Positions 1 to 12,501 of a DNA stretch of 64,000 bases are shown piece after piece. How positions within the stretch are numbered: the first letter of the stretch is position 1; each line of letters opens with the position of its first letter. Origin of the DNA: an uncultured Gemmatimonadaceae bacterium (lineage in GTDB: Bacteria; Gemmatimonadota; Gemmatimonadetes; Gemmatimonadales; Gemmatimonadaceae); NCBI GenBank assembly GCA_963751275.1, contig CAVVTZ010000009.1:288001-352000 (forward strand), read 5' to 3'. Both the position numbers and the translations under genes were made by a program. The notes below the pieces were generated by a model. The model saw nothing but the letters and a program-made list of their open reading frames with translations. It had not been told where the DNA came from and ran no database searches.

Positions 1-336
1 CGCGCGCGCCTTCTCGTTCACCTCCGAGCGCGTCGCCCCCGGACCCGCCCACACGCGGCGCCATGTCTCGTCCACGCGCTGCACGCCGCCCAGCCGCGAG
101 AGATCGACGATCACGCCATCGCCCACCGCGCCGCCCGCCATCCCGCTGCCGCTGCCACGCGGGATGAGCGGCATCGCGTTGGCACTCGCCCACTTCGCGA
201 GCGCGCACACGTCGTCGGCGTCGGCCGGTACCGCCACCGCCCGGGGGATGATGCGCGCGATCCCGGCGCCCTCGGAATACACGGCGCGCGCCAATTCGTC
301 TTCGCGAAAGATCCCGCGGAATCCCGTCGGTTGCAC
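1..336 (-). CDS. FAD-binding oxidoreductase (FAD-linked oxidase family), N-terminal part; runs off the window edge
   Basis: Manual translation from GTG at 336: VQPTGFRGIFREDELARAVYSEGAG...PRAVAVPADADDV...LIPRGSGSGMAGGAVGDGVIVDLSRL, an FAD_binding_4-type motif. Not in the ORF track. Confidence 0.8.
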   Translation of the reverse strand, partial: MQPTGFRGIFREDELARAVYSEGAGIARIIPRAVAVPADADDVCALAKWASANAMPLIPRGSGSGMAGGAVGDGVIVDLSRLGGVQRVDETWRRVWAGPGATRSEVNEKARA

Positions 337-400
337 GAAAGGGAGAATGCCGACAAGTCGCGTCGTTGACAAGCATCTCACGCGCCGCCCATCATCCACC

Positions 401-1211
401 ATGGCCATTGACGCACCGCGCCCGCACGGTCAGCTGATCAAGATCGAGACCGACCGCCGGCTCGGCCACGAGTGGGACGAATGGGACGGCTCCCCCCTGG
501 ATAACGGGGGCGATTTCCGCTCGCCCGCGCGGCTCTATTTCGGGTTCACCGCCGTGGGGTTCGTGCTCATGGCGGGGGTGCTTGCTGGCGGGGGTCTATC
601 TGCTGGCGCCCCGGCTTGGGGCCCTCTACGGGGGGCTGCCGAGTGCCCTCTACTATAGTATAGGCGGGGGTCTGGTCCTGGGGCTGGCCTGGCTGGGGCT
701 GATCGCGGCCGCGGTCTATTCCGGGCGGGCGGTGCTCCCCGAGCGACTGGCCGAACGGGGGCTGCTCCTGAAGACCCTGAACCTCGCCTGGCGTACTGGC
801 GAACTTTTCGGAGTGAAGCGCGATTGGACCGGACACGCGAGCGTCGCGGTGTACGACCGGCTCGCCCTCGCGCGCGAGCGATCGCTCTCGCCCGATGAAT
901 TGCTCATCCTCGTGCCCCGATGCTTATCGCGGGAAGCTTTGGATGGCGTGCTCGACATCGCAAAACGCCACGGCGTATCCGCGTTCGTCGCGACGCGCGG
1001 GCAACTCGCGCGCCGAGTGATCAAGGAGCGCCGCCCGAAAGCCGTCGTCGCCGTCGCCTGCGAGCGCGACATGGTGAGCGGATTGCACGACGTCGCCGGC
1101 CGCGTGCCCGTACTCGGCCTCACGATGACCCTGCCGAACGGGCCGTGCAAAGACGCCTCCATCGACCTCGGCCGCATGGAAGAATTCGTCGCGAGATATC
1201 TCAAGAAATAG
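401..1211 (+). CDS. DUF116-family membrane protein (one apparent frameshift near 582)
   Basis: Joins ORF 164..658 (from ATG 401) with ORF 582..1211; C-terminal motifs LVPRCL, AVACERD and PNGPCKD. Confidence 0.75.
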
Positions 1212-1232
1212 CGGCGTCTCGGGAAAGCACAA

Positions 1233-1441
1233 CCGCAACTGCTTGCACGCGGGTCACGCGGAAGACGCGGATTACGCGGCGCGCTCAAGGTGGCGTATGA
1301 GCTCAGCGAGCGGGCGCGAGCCAGGAATTGTTGTTAACAACGAATACAATTGCTTTCCCGCCGGGCATGGAGCGCAGCTCGCGCGTGAAACAGTCCGCGA
1401 AATCCGCGGATTCCGCGTGATCCGCGTGCAAGCAGTTGCGG
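1233..1441. repeat. Inverted-repeat element, family A copy 1 (47-bp arms, central TTGTTGTTAACAAC core)
   Basis: 1233-1279 ccgcaactgcttgcacgcgggtcacgcggaagacgcggattacgcgg is the near reverse complement of 1395-1441; palindrome gttgttaacaac at 1330-1341. Confidence 0.95.
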
Positions 1442-1454
1442 AGCTGTTGTCGTT

Positions 1455-2366
1455 CTACTTCAACTCATACTCCGGGATCACGACTTGCACTCGGCCCAAT
1501 GGAGGGCCAATGGTCGCGGGAGTGGTCGAGACCGCGGCGCCGTCGAGTTGGACGTCGATGGGGACGGGGCCCAACGCGCGGGCGCTCATGGAGCGGATGG
1601 GGAATTGCTCCGCGTGCGCGAGCTTGCCGTCCGTTGCGCGGCCGAGTGCGACGCCCGCGGAGAATTGGGCGAGCGCCAGGAACGAGCGGCCGGTGAAGAG
1701 CGTCAGGTCGAGCAGCTCGTCCTCGGGATCCGCGCGCGGGGAGAGCTGCGGCTCGCCGCCGTAGCGGCGGATGTTCGACGCGATCACGTACGTGGCTTCA
1801 CGCGAGAAGGGCGCGCCATTTGCATCGATCCCCTCCACCGCGATCGCAGGATAGTCATAGCGCAGCGCTTCGGTGAGTGCGGTGACGCCAATGCCCGCGC
1901 GGCCGAAGAGCCGCTTGAGTGATGGGATGGCGTTCTTCATCACGCGCGCGTCGAGGCCGATGCCCATCCACATGAAGCAGGTGTGCTCATCCGCTCGCCA
2001 CGCGGTGATCGGCCGGGTGCGGTGCGACACGAACGTGCGCTCAGCTTGGCGCATACTCGCGCCGATGCCGTATTCGCGCGCGAGCACGTTCGCGGTGCCG
2101 CAGGGGAGCACCGCGAGCGGTACATCGCTGCCAATGAGCGCCGCGGCCGCTTCGCCCACAGTGCCGTCGCCGCCGGCGGCAACGATGAGGTCGGGGTTGG
2201 TGGAAAGGAGTCGTGCGACGATCTCCGTGGCGCTGCCGGGCGCCGTGGTCTGGTGCGGCTCGAGCTCAATGCCCGCCGAGTGCGCGCGCGTGATGATCGC
2301 CCCGAGTCGCGGCTCGAATCGCATGCCGCCCGCGACCGGGTTGTAGACCAGCAGCCCGCGTCTCAT
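1455..2366 (-). CDS. Diacylglycerol/lipid kinase family protein (YegS/DAGK)
   Basis: NPVAG, AGGDGT, PCGTAN, YGG and QLDG motifs. Confidence 0.9.
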   Translation of the reverse strand: MRRGLLVYNPVAGGMRFEPRLGAIITRAHSAGIELEPHQTTAPGSATEIVARLLSTNPDLIVAAGGDGTVGEAAAALIGSDVPLAVLPCGTANVLAREYGIGASMRQAERTFVSHRTRPITAWRADEHTCFMWMGIGLDARVMKNAIPSLKRLFGRAGIGVTALTEALRYDYPAIAVEGIDANGAPFSREATYVIASNIRRYGGEPQLSPRADPEDELLDLTLFTGRSFLALAQFSAGVALGRATDGKLAHAEQFPIRSMSARALGPVPIDVQLDGAAVSTTPATIGPPLGRVQVVIPEYELK

Positions 2367-3046
2367 CGGAGGCGGCTGCCGGGTACCGGGATCTCGACGG
2401 CGAGGTGCCAGCGCAAGTCGTCGTGGCGAAGCAAGAGGAAGGCCGCGGCCTCGAGATGGCCGGGTTCAACGGAGCGGCGCTCGCGGAGGCTGGCGAAGAG
2501 CAGCGCGGTGTCGCCGTCGGGGGTGATGCCGGGAAGGGACAGGGCGAGCACGCCGGGCAGGCTGTCGAGCGGCATTCCGGCGAGCATGTCGGTGACGACG
2601 CTCTCCTTCATCGGTTCAGCCTCTCCGGGCGCGAGAATGTGCCGCACGGTCGAGGTGTCCAGGAAGACCCACTGTGCTCGAGCGAAGGCGTACCCAATGT
2701 GCCCTTCGAGCCAATGGCTGGCCGCGTTGGCGGCGCGGAAGCTGGCGAGCAGACTGTCGGCGTCGGCCGGGGGGACGTAGCGGTGCACTCCGGCGATGAT
2801 GCTCGAGTCGGAAAGATACTCTGCGCCGGAAACACTCTGCATTTGCATCAGAACGACACCGCGACCGCGGAAAGCGGAGGTCGCGTAGTGCAATGGACGG
2901 TATACGGTGTCGATCGCGGCGCTGTAGAGCGCATCTTCTTGCGGCACGACGCCTGGCGGCCGCGGGTAGCCGCGGATCGGGGTGCTGGCGAGTCCGGCGG
3001 CGACGACGATGAACCATAGACCGGCCGCAGTGAGCGCGACCGGCAT
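2363..3046 (-). CDS. Hypothetical exported/membrane-anchored protein
   Basis: Hydrophobic N-terminus; stop overlaps the kinase start (ATGA); start uncertain (3046 or 3094). Confidence 0.6.
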   Translation of the reverse strand: MPVALTAAGLWFIVVAAGLASTPIRGYPRPPGVVPQEDALYSAAIDTVYRPLHYATSAFRGRGVVLMQMQSVSGAEYLSDSSIIAGVHRYVPPADADSLLASFRAANAASHWLEGHIGYAFARAQWVFLDTSTVRHILAPGEAEPMKESVVTDMLAGMPLDSLPGVLALSLPGITPDGDTALLFASLRERRSVEPGHLEAAAFLLLRHDDLRWHLAVEIPVPGSRLR

Positions 3047-3065
3047 CAATTTGTTGCGCGACGAA

Positions 3066-3434
3066 TCAGTTCCAGCCGCCGCCGAGTATGACATGAAGGC
3101 CGGAAAGCAAGAATTCGATTATGGCGATGATCGAGATCGCGGCGGAGACCCAGCGCAACGATTCGTACACGACGGCGACTGGTCCGCCGGGTGTGGGGCG
3201 AGCGCGGACTTCCGTGAGGGCGCGGTCCACGAGCCCCCAGAGGGCGGCGCCGGTGGCGGCGACGAGCAGCATGCCGAGCATCCAGGCCTTGGGGAAGAGC
3301 ATCAGGATCGTCGTGCTGCCGATGAGCCCGATGCTGAGCCACGTCATGAGCGTCCGGATGCGCATCGCTCTCAGCCGCGCCGTGATGCTGGCGAGCGGCG
3401 ATGGCCGATGGTCGATGGCCGGTTCGTCGATCAC
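3066..3434 (-). CDS. Small hypothetical membrane protein (~3 TM)
   Basis: GTG at 3434 overlaps the ppk2 stop (GTGA); three hydrophobic segments. Confidence 0.65.
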   Translation of the reverse strand: MIDEPAIDHRPSPLASITARLRAMRIRTLMTWLSIGLIGSTTILMLFPKAWMLGMLLVAATGAALWGLVDRALTEVRARPTPGGPVAVVYESLRWVSAAISIIAIIEFLLSGLHVILGGGWN

Positions 3435-4315
3435 CCCTGCTCCCGGATGAGCTTCCGTGCTTCCTTGAGGTCCTTCTCCTGGGCGGGGGTCACGACGGGG
3501 TAGTGGAGATCGAGCGAATCGAGCGCTTCGATGACCGCGCCGGCGACGACGAGGCGCGTGAACCATTTGTTGTCCGCCGGCACCACGTACCAGGGAGCAT
3601 GGGCGCTGGACGTGTGGCGGATCATGTCCTCATACGCCTTCATGTAGTCGTCCCAGTAGCCGCGCTCGCGGGCGTCGGCGCTGGAGAATTTCCAATTGCG
3701 TTCGGGCTCGTCGAGGCGGCTGAGGAAGCGCTTCTTCTGCTCGGCTTTGGAGACGTGGAGGAAGAACTTCCGGACGAGGATGCCGTTGCGGAAGAGATAT
3801 TTCTCGAAGTTGTTGATGTCCTCGAAGCGGTTCGTCCAGATGTCCTTCGTGACCTGGGACTTGGGGAGTTTCTGTTTCGCGAGGAAGGCCTCGTGCACGC
3901 GCACGGCGAGCACTTCTTCGTAGTAGGAGCGGTTGAAGATCCCGATGCGGCCGCGCTCGGGGAGGTTCTTGGAGGTGCGCCAGAGGAAGTCGTGATCGAG
4001 CTCTTCGCTCGACGGCGACTTGAAGGAGTAGACCTGGCAGCCCTGGGGATTCACGCCGGACATGACGTGCTTGATCGCGCCATCCTTGCCGGCGGCGTCC
4101 ATGGCCTGGAAGATGAGCAGGACAGCCCATTGGTCCTGCGCGTAGAGCTTGTCCTGCAGCTTGGTGAGCGTCTCGATGCCCTCAGCCAGCGCCTGCTTGT
4201 GCCCGGTCTTGTCGTCGAGCCGGCCGGTGCTGGCGGGGTCGATGTCGGCGAGGCGGAACTTCGCGCCGCTGGTGATGCGGAAGGGTTTGATGAAGCGCTC
4301 GATGTCGTAGGGCAT
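3431..4315 (-). CDS. ppk2: Polyphosphate kinase 2 family protein
   Basis: FQAMDAAGKDG Walker A, FNRSYYE and APWYVVPADNKW; ATG at 4315 (the ORF-track extension runs through repeat DNA). Confidence 0.93.
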   Translation of the reverse strand: MPYDIERFIKPFRITSGAKFRLADIDPASTGRLDDKTGHKQALAEGIETLTKLQDKLYAQDQWAVLLIFQAMDAAGKDGAIKHVMSGVNPQGCQVYSFKSPSSEELDHDFLWRTSKNLPERGRIGIFNRSYYEEVLAVRVHEAFLAKQKLPKSQVTKDIWTNRFEDINNFEKYLFRNGILVRKFFLHVSKAEQKKRFLSRLDEPERNWKFSSADARERGYWDDYMKAYEDMIRHTSSAHAPWYVVPADNKWFTRLVVAGAVIEALDSLDLHYPVVTPAQEKDLKEARKLIREQG

Positions 4316-4349
4316 GGGCGGGCTCCGGGGGGTAGTGGATGATACTTCC

Positions 4350-4657
4350 GAACCACGTGAGGCGTGAGACGCACCCGGCGCCCCAACACCGTGAGGCGTG
4401 AGACGCACCCCCCAACACCGTGAGGCGTGCGGCGCACCCCCGACACCGTGAGGCGTGCGGCGTGCGACGGAAGTGCCTCACGCCTCACGGCGTTCGGGGT
4501 GCGTCTCACGCCTTCCAGTCCGTTCGGCGCACGCCTCACGCCTCACGGCGTTCGGGGTGCGCCTCACGCCTTCCAGTCCGTTCGGCGCACGCCTCACGCC
4601 TCACGGCGTTCGGGGTGCGCCTCACGCCTCACGGCGTTCGGGGTGCGCCTCACGCCC
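4350..4657. repeat. Family D copy 1: TGAGGCG-heptamer palindromic array (28/58-bp units)
   Basis: Four CGTGAGGCGTG units (4356-4466), then inverted units GCCTCACGCCTCACGGCGTTCGGGGTGC; 58-bp tandem duplication at 4475-4532/4533-4590. Confidence 0.93.
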
Positions 4658-4701
4658 TTCAATCCGTTGCCGCGAGCGGTGGCCCCTCGTAGATTCCAAT
4701 C

Positions 4702-6916
<2,215 letters not shown>

Positions 6917-6917
6917 G

Positions 6918-7715
6918 ATGCACGACCCATTGGTGATCGGCGGGAAATCGTTCGCCTCGCGCTTGATGCTCGGCACGGGCAAGTACCGCGATCTCGCGGT
7001 CATGAAGGACGCCTTCGAGGCGGCCGCGGTGGAGATCGTCACGGTGAGCATCCGCCGCGTCGAACTCGGCGCGCCCGGGCACACGGGGCTCATGGATGTG
7101 CTCGCGAAGGGGAGCTATCAATTGCTCCCCAACACCGCCGGCTGCAAGACCGCCGAGGAAGCCGTGCGCGTCGCGCGGCTCGCGCGCGCGATGAGTGGAA
7201 CCGATTGGCTGAAGCTGGAAGTGATCCCGGACGCGAAGTATCTGCTCCCCGATCCCGTGGGCACACTGCGCGCCGCGGAGATCCTCGTGGGGGAGGGGTT
7301 CACGGTGCTGCCCTATATGAATGCCGATCCCGTGCTCGCGCGTCAGCTGGCGGCGGTGGGGTGCGCGACGGTCATGCCGCTCGCGTCACCGATCGGCAGC
7401 GGGCGCGGAGTGCTCACGCGGGCGGCGATCGAGATCATCATCGAGGAGAGTAGCGTGCCGGTGGTGGTGGATGCCGGTCTTGGCGTGCCGAGTGAGGCGG
7501 CGTCGGTGATGGAGATCGGGGCGAATGCGGTATTGGTGAATACTGCGATCGCGGAGGCGGAGTCACCGGTGCAGATGGCCGCGGCGTTCAGGAAGGCGGT
7601 GGAGGCGGGGAGGGAAGCTTATCTCGCGGGACGAATGCCGATCCGCGCGCATGCGAGTCCGTCGAGTCCGACGGCGGGGGTGGTGACGCTACCGCAGCCC
7701 GAAGTGCCTGCGTGA
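6918..7715 (+). CDS. thiG: Thiazole synthase ThiG
   Basis: [28 protein letters not shown] and VDAGLG motifs. Confidence 0.95.
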   Translation: MHDPLVIGGKSFASRLMLGTGKYRDLAVMKDAFEAAAVEIVTVSIRRVELGAPGHTGLMDVLAKGSYQLLPNTAGCKTAEEAVRVARLARAMSGTDWLKLEVIPDAKYLLPDPVGTLRAAEILVGEGFTVLPYMNADPVLARQLAAVGCATVMPLASPIGSGRGVLTRAAIEIIIEESSVPVVVDAGLGVPSEAASVMEIGANAVLVNTAIAEAESPVQMAAAFRKAVEAGREAYLAGRMPIRAHASPSSPTAGVVTLPQPEVPA

Positions 7716-7726
7716 CCGCGGGCATG

Positions 7727-7890
7727 AAGTCAGCAGTCAACAGTGAATCAGTACACTACAGTCGTGCTACAAGTCATCAGTCGCAAGTCATCAGAAAGCC
7801 GTTCTGCGCGAGGGACCGTTTGCTGATGACTGACGACCGATGACTCGTAGGACGACTGGAGTGTACTGATTCACTGTTGACTGCTGACTT
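7727..7890. repeat. Family F: 68-bp-arm hairpin built from AGTCAnC-type heptamers
   Basis: 7727-7794 vs reverse complement of 7823-7890: 62/68 identical, outer 31 bp perfect; between convergent stops. Confidence 0.95.
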
Positions 7891-7895
7891 GGTGC

Positions 7896-8783
7896 TTACA
7901 GCCCGAGTTCACTCGGCTTCGCCGGATCCGTCGAATAATCGTAGAACCCTTTCCCCGATTTCCGTCCGTACATCCCCGCCATCACCATCCGCTTGAGCAG
8001 CGGCGGCGGAGCATATCGCTTCTCACGATATTCATCGAACATGATCTCCGCGATCTTGTACGTCGTGTCCAAACCGACGAAATCCAGCAGCGTGAACGGC
8101 CCCATGGGATACCCCGTGCCGAGCATCATTCCCTTGTCGATATCCGCAACACTCGCCACGCCGTGCTCGAGCGCATTGATCGCGTCGATGAGATAGGGCA
8201 CGAGCAACAGATTCACCACGAAGCCGCTGTTGTCCTTCGCGGCGATCGGTTCCTTCCCCAGTGACTTCGCGAACGCGTAGGCGCGCTGGAACGTCTCCTC
8301 GCTGGTCGTGACCGTCTTCACGACCTCGACCAGCTTCATCACCGGCACGGGATTGAAGAAATGCAGCCCCACCATGCGGTCGGGGCGCGTGGTGGCGGCG
8401 GCCATCGCGGCGATCGTGAGGCTCGAGGTGTTCGACGCGAAGATCGTGTGCGGCGGGCACAGCGCATCGAGCTCCTTCCACATCGCGTTCTTGACGTCGA
8501 CATCCTCCACGACGGCCTCGATCACGACATCGCAGCCCTTGAGATCCTTCACCGCGGTGGTGAACGACAGCTTCGCCATCGCCGCGTCGCGCGCTTCGGC
8601 GGTCATCTTTCCCTTCTCGATCGCCTTGTTCATTTGCTTCTCGATGCCGGCCTTCGCGCGGGCACAGAGCGCATCCGACACTTCGCGCACCTTGGTCTCG
8701 AAGCCGCTCATGGCGGCAACTTGCGCGATGCCGGCGCCCATCAGGCCGGCGCCGAGGACTCCAACGGTCTTGATCTCAGACAT
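7896..8783 (-). CDS. hbd: 3-hydroxybutyryl-CoA / 3-hydroxyacyl-CoA dehydrogenase
   Basis: GAGLMGAGIA, ASNTSSL, GLHFFNP, PMGPF and GRKSGKGFY motifs. Confidence 0.9.
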   Translation of the reverse strand: MSEIKTVGVLGAGLMGAGIAQVAAMSGFETKVREVSDALCARAKAGIEKQMNKAIEKGKMTAEARDAAMAKLSFTTAVKDLKGCDVVIEAVVEDVDVKNAMWKELDALCPPHTIFASNTSSLTIAAMAAATTRPDRMVGLHFFNPVPVMKLVEVVKTVTTSEETFQRAYAFAKSLGKEPIAAKDNSGFVVNLLLVPYLIDAINALEHGVASVADIDKGMMLGTGYPMGPFTLLDFVGLDTTYKIAEIMFDEYREKRYAPPPLLKRMVMAGMYGRKSGKGFYDYSTDPAKPSELGL

Positions 8784-8830
8784 TCAAGTATCACGGGAAT
8801 GGGTTGAATTGCTCTCGAAAGATACTACTG

Positions 8831-8994
8831 AACGGCGAGTGTGACGACGCGGACGGCGAGTATGACACCGCTGACGGCGCCTGTGATCGTTGACGTGTGG
8901 CAACTACACGCGCCGCGGCCATTGCCACACGTCAACGATCACAGGCGCCGTCAGCGTCGTCACCCTCGCCGTCCGCGGTGTCATACTCGCCGTT
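8831..8994. repeat. Family E copy 1: hairpin with 21-bp sub-repeats and conserved 18-nt loop
   Basis: Perfect 35-bp inner stem 8869-8903/8922-8956; loop ctacacgcgccgcggcca; outer 21-bp ACGGCGAG..TGAC units. Confidence 0.95.
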
Positions 8995-9805
8995 ATCGCG
9001 GTTTAACCGGCGCAACGAACGATGACAGCAACGATCGCCGCGGCGGCTCATTGCGCTCGAGGCGATCCAGCGTCTGCTCGAGCGCCAATTGCGCACGCGT
9101 CAGCGTGCCGCGGTGGAGCCGCGCGATGACCAGCCCCGCGACCCCCAGCACCACCACCGAGACCGCCGCGACCAACGGCATCACGCCGAGCACGAGCGCC
9201 ATCCCGGTGCCGATCGCGCCGAGCATCGCGATCCCCACGCCGGCGCTGATGTTCCGCGCGCGCGTGCCCGCGAGCAATGCCTCGATCGTCACCACCGTCC
9301 GCTCGTCATCCACGATCACCGCGGTCGCCGCGATCTCGTCCGTGCGCGCCAGGTGATAACCGCGCCCCGCCATGTCGAACGCGCGCGTGAGATTCGCCAC
9401 GATCCCGGGCGCGCGCTCCCACATCACGCGATTCCCGTAGCGGCGCTTCACGCGCAGCCCTTCCTCCTGCTGCATGAGCGCATCGAGCGCCGCGAGCTGC
9501 GCATCCGCGCTCCCGCGTATAGTGCGCATCGCGTGCGCAATGGCCGGGCCGAAGAGATGATCCACGGTGCCGCGCGCCACCGGCGCCTCCAGCCGCGTCC
9601 GTTCCTCGGCCAGTGCCTGCCGCAGGTGCACGGGCCCGAGTCCCACTTCCTTCGCGATCTCGATCAGCTGCGCGTCGGTGAGCCCCGGATCGTCACCGCC
9701 CTCGCCCTCCGCGCTTTGCAACTCCGCGGCGCGCGCGAGCACCCGCTCGAGGGCGCCGCGGTCGAGAGGGGACTTCGACGGCAAGTTGTCCGATGGCCCG
9801 CTCAT
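8993..9805 (-). CDS. Hypothetical membrane protein
   Basis: 270-aa ORF with ERVLARAAELQ / EIAKEVGL N-domain and two C-terminal TM helices. Confidence 0.75.
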   Translation of the reverse strand: MSGPSDNLPSKSPLDRGALERVLARAAELQSAEGEGGDDPGLTDAQLIEIAKEVGLGPVHLRQALAEERTRLEAPVARGTVDHLFGPAIAHAMRTIRGSADAQLAALDALMQQEEGLRVKRRYGNRVMWERAPGIVANLTRAFDMAGRGYHLARTDEIAATAVIVDDERTVVTIEALLAGTRARNISAGVGIAMLGAIGTGMALVLGVMPLVAAVSVVVLGVAGLVIARLHRGTLTRAQLALEQTLDRLERNEPPRRSLLSSFVAPVKPR

Positions 9806-9809
9806 GCGG

Positions 9810-10934
9810 TCAGATCCCGCCGGTGATCGCGTCGATGGAGTGGCGCATCTCGTCGAGGATCGGGTCGGGCAGGGGGAACTGCGTGCGGAAAGCGAGCGCT
9901 TCCTGCCCCGGCGTGAACGGCGCGCCGATGGCCGTGAGATAATACGCCTGATACTGCGTTACGTGGTTCGGCGAGAGCTTCGCCATCACCATCTCGCCGC
10001 CGCGCACGTTCGCGATGTTGAGGTACTGCCCTGCCAGCCCCGAACGCTTCTGGATCGGCGTCGTATTGTCGTCCACCGCGGTGGCCGCGATCGTGCCCAC
10101 CGCCTCGTGCGCGATCACGAAGATCGCCTGCATGGCGTCCGCGCGTTCCGCCGGGAAATTGACGGCGATGAGATTGTCGCGCTTGCCGCCCATGATCGAC
10201 CGGCCCTCGGCGCCGAGCGGGAGCGAGAGGATGATGTCGCCCCGCCCCTGATTCGTGCCTTCCTGGAAACTGCGCATCCGGCGCAGATACACCTTCACCC
10301 ATTCGGAATCGACCGCCGCGAGCACGGGCCGGCGGAAGAGTTCCACCTGCTTCCAATAATTCGAATAGAACTTGGCGCTCTCGTCGTTCAGCGCGTTCAT
10401 GAACATCGCCAGGAAGCGGCGGTCGCCGGCGCCCGGAAAGGACTGCGACCAGATGAAGATCATCTGGGCGGTCTCCTTATCGTGCGCCTTATGCGGGTCG
10501 CCGCCGGCGGCGAGGAAGGCCTGCACATTCTGCGACAGTTCGTCCCAGTCGTGCAGCTGGAGCACGAGGAACTGCGCGTTCGTCACCTGCGGGTGCGCGG
10601 CGACGAACTTCGCGAGCGAATCGTGATCCGTGTCGAGCAACGTGGTGATCTGCAGCTTGTTCTTCTCGACGACCATCTCGTCGCGGTACCCACGGCGGAA
10701 GAGCGGCACGCGCGACGTGTCGTCGGTGATCAACGCGAAACCGTGCAGCCAGAGATCGATCACATACCGCGTATGCACTGGCCACGGATCGTTGGACTGC
10801 GGCTGCACGTCCGCGCCTGGCTCACGCGGCGCGACCGGCGGCGGGGGCGCCGCGGTGGCGGGCTGGCTCCCGGCGCACGCACCCAGCAGCGCCATCACCG
10901 TGAGTGCGGCGATGGCGCGATGGCGCGAGTTCAC
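9810..10934 (-). CDS. Hypothetical lipoprotein
   Basis: Signal peptide with lipobox LGAC and Pro-rich linker; GTGA overlap with the thiolase stop. Confidence 0.75.
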   Translation of the reverse strand: MNSRHRAIAALTVMALLGACAGSQPATAAPPPPVAPREPGADVQPQSNDPWPVHTRYVIDLWLHGFALITDDTSRVPLFRRGYRDEMVVEKNKLQITTLLDTDHDSLAKFVAAHPQVTNAQFLVLQLHDWDELSQNVQAFLAAGGDPHKAHDKETAQMIFIWSQSFPGAGDRRFLAMFMNALNDESAKFYSNYWKQVELFRRPVLAAVDSEWVKVYLRRMRSFQEGTNQGRGDIILSLPLGAEGRSIMGGKRDNLIAVNFPAERADAMQAIFVIAHEAVGTIAATAVDDNTTPIQKRSGLAGQYLNIANVRGGEMVMAKLSPNHVTQYQAYYLTAIGAPFTPGQEALAFRTQFPLPDPILDEMRHSIDAITGGI

Positions 10935-12134
10935 GCCAGCGCCTCGACAATGAGCGCGATCCCCTGGCCGCCGCCGATGCAGGCGGAGCCGAGCCCGTAC
11001 CGCTTGCCCGACTTTCTAAGGGCGTGGATGAGAATGCACCGTGATGCGCGCGCCGCTCGCGGCCAGCGGGTGGCTGATCGCGATCGCGCCGCCGTGAACA
11101 TTGAACTTCTCGCGCGGGATCTTGAGTTCCATCTCCACCGCGCACACTTGTCCGGCGAACGCCTCGTTCACTTCGATGAGGTCCATCTGGCCGAGCGTCA
11201 TTCCCGCTCTCTCGAGCGCGATCTTCGACGCGGGCACCGGGCCGATGCCCATGATCGTGGGGTCCACGCCGGCCACCCCCCACGACACGAGGCGCGCGAG
11301 CGGCTTCAATCCCTTCTTCTTCGCCCACTCGGCGCTCGAGATCACCATCGCGCCGCCGCCATCGCCGATCCCGCTGGCATTGCCGGCGGTGACCACGCCA
11401 TCCGCCTTGAACACCGGCTTCAATTTCGCGAGTCCCTCCGCGGTGGTGTCGGGCCGCATGTGCTCGTCGCGGCGGAATTCCTCCGACATCTTCGTCTTCG
11501 GGTTCTTCACCGGGATGCCGATCACTTCGTCGTCAAAAACGCCGGCCGCCCATGCTTCCTTGGCCTTCTGCTGTGAGCGGAGGGCGTACTCATCCACGGC
11601 GGCGCGGGAGATGTCGTATTGGGCGGCGAGCTTCTCCGCGGTCTCGGCCATCGCGAGGCCGGCCACGGGATCGCGGAGGCCTTCCCAGAGGGAATCTTCG
11701 AGAACGGGGCTCTTGCCGAGCTGAACGCCCCAGCGCAGGCCGCGCGCAATGTGCGGCGCCTGCGACATGCTCTCGCCGCCCCCCACGAGACAGACATCGG
11801 ATTGATCGAGCAGGATCTCCATCGCGCCGCTGACCACGGCCTGGAAGCCGGAGCCGCAGAGGCGGTTCACCGTGAGCCCGGGCACTTCCTTGGGGACGCC
11901 CGCCTTGAGAGAAACGTGGCGCGCGAAATAGATCGTGTCCGACGTCGTCTGCATGACGTTGCCGAAGACAGCGTGGCCGATCTCCGCCGGTTCGACCTTG
12001 GCGCGCACGATCGCCTCGCGCGCGGCGAAGACGGCGAGATCGATGGCGGAGAAGTCCTTCAGCGTTCCGCCGAAGGTGCCGAACGGGGTGCGGACCGCGC
12101 TCAGGAAGACAATGTCCTTGTTCAACTTGTTCAT
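10931..12134 (-). CDS. Acetyl-CoA C-acyltransferase (thiolase); frameshift near 11030
   Basis: NRLCGSG, NEAFA and [10 protein letters not shown]-terminal [16 protein letters not shown] continues in another frame to TGA at 10931. Confidence 0.92.
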
Positions 12135-12223
12135 CGCGCCCGGAGAGTGTGGGGGACTCTAAAGATGCCCGGGTGGGGGAGCAGATGGTAGTCGGGGGTT
12201 CCCGGGATCCTCAGCCTCGGCGA

Positions 12224-12467
12224 GCGGGAACACACGTATCACGGTTCAAATTTGGCCGGATTAATCGGATTGGAGCGGATCGGGCGGATCGCTCCGCGCG
12301 CTGAGGCAATTCCTCGTGCCGGTGCAAGGGTGTGTTCTTGTTGTGAACAGCAAGAACAAAGCGCCGGCTGTGTGCGGGATGCTCCTCCGGTGCGCGGAGC
12401 GATCCGCAAAATCCGCTCCGATCCGGTTAATCCGGCCAAATTTGAACCGTGATACTTGTGTTCCCGC
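12224..12467. repeat. Family B: 76-bp-arm inverted-repeat element with the same central core as family A
   Basis: Arms 12224-12299/12392-12467 with CGGAT sub-repeats; core gtgttcttgttgtgaacagcaagaacaaagc at 12332-12362. Confidence 0.95.
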
Positions 12468-12501
12468 GCGCCACCCGTGAGGCTCCAAGGGCCCGGTATT
12501 T

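Noticed and set aside
4350..4657. Family D array as a CRISPR array
   Set aside because: Units are contiguous or have repeated linkers, occur in both orientations, have no unique spacers, and no cas genes are present.
8841..9356. Recurring MTPLTAPVIVDVWQ peptides (also 35865 and 62134)
   Set aside because: They are translations of the 21-bp family E units; lengths and stops differ between copies and some overlap real genes.
9567..11576. Long antisense ORFs (also 22119-23723, 25650-27254, 40837-42675, 55859-57532)
   Set aside because: Shadow frames of high-GC genes with no recognisable motifs.
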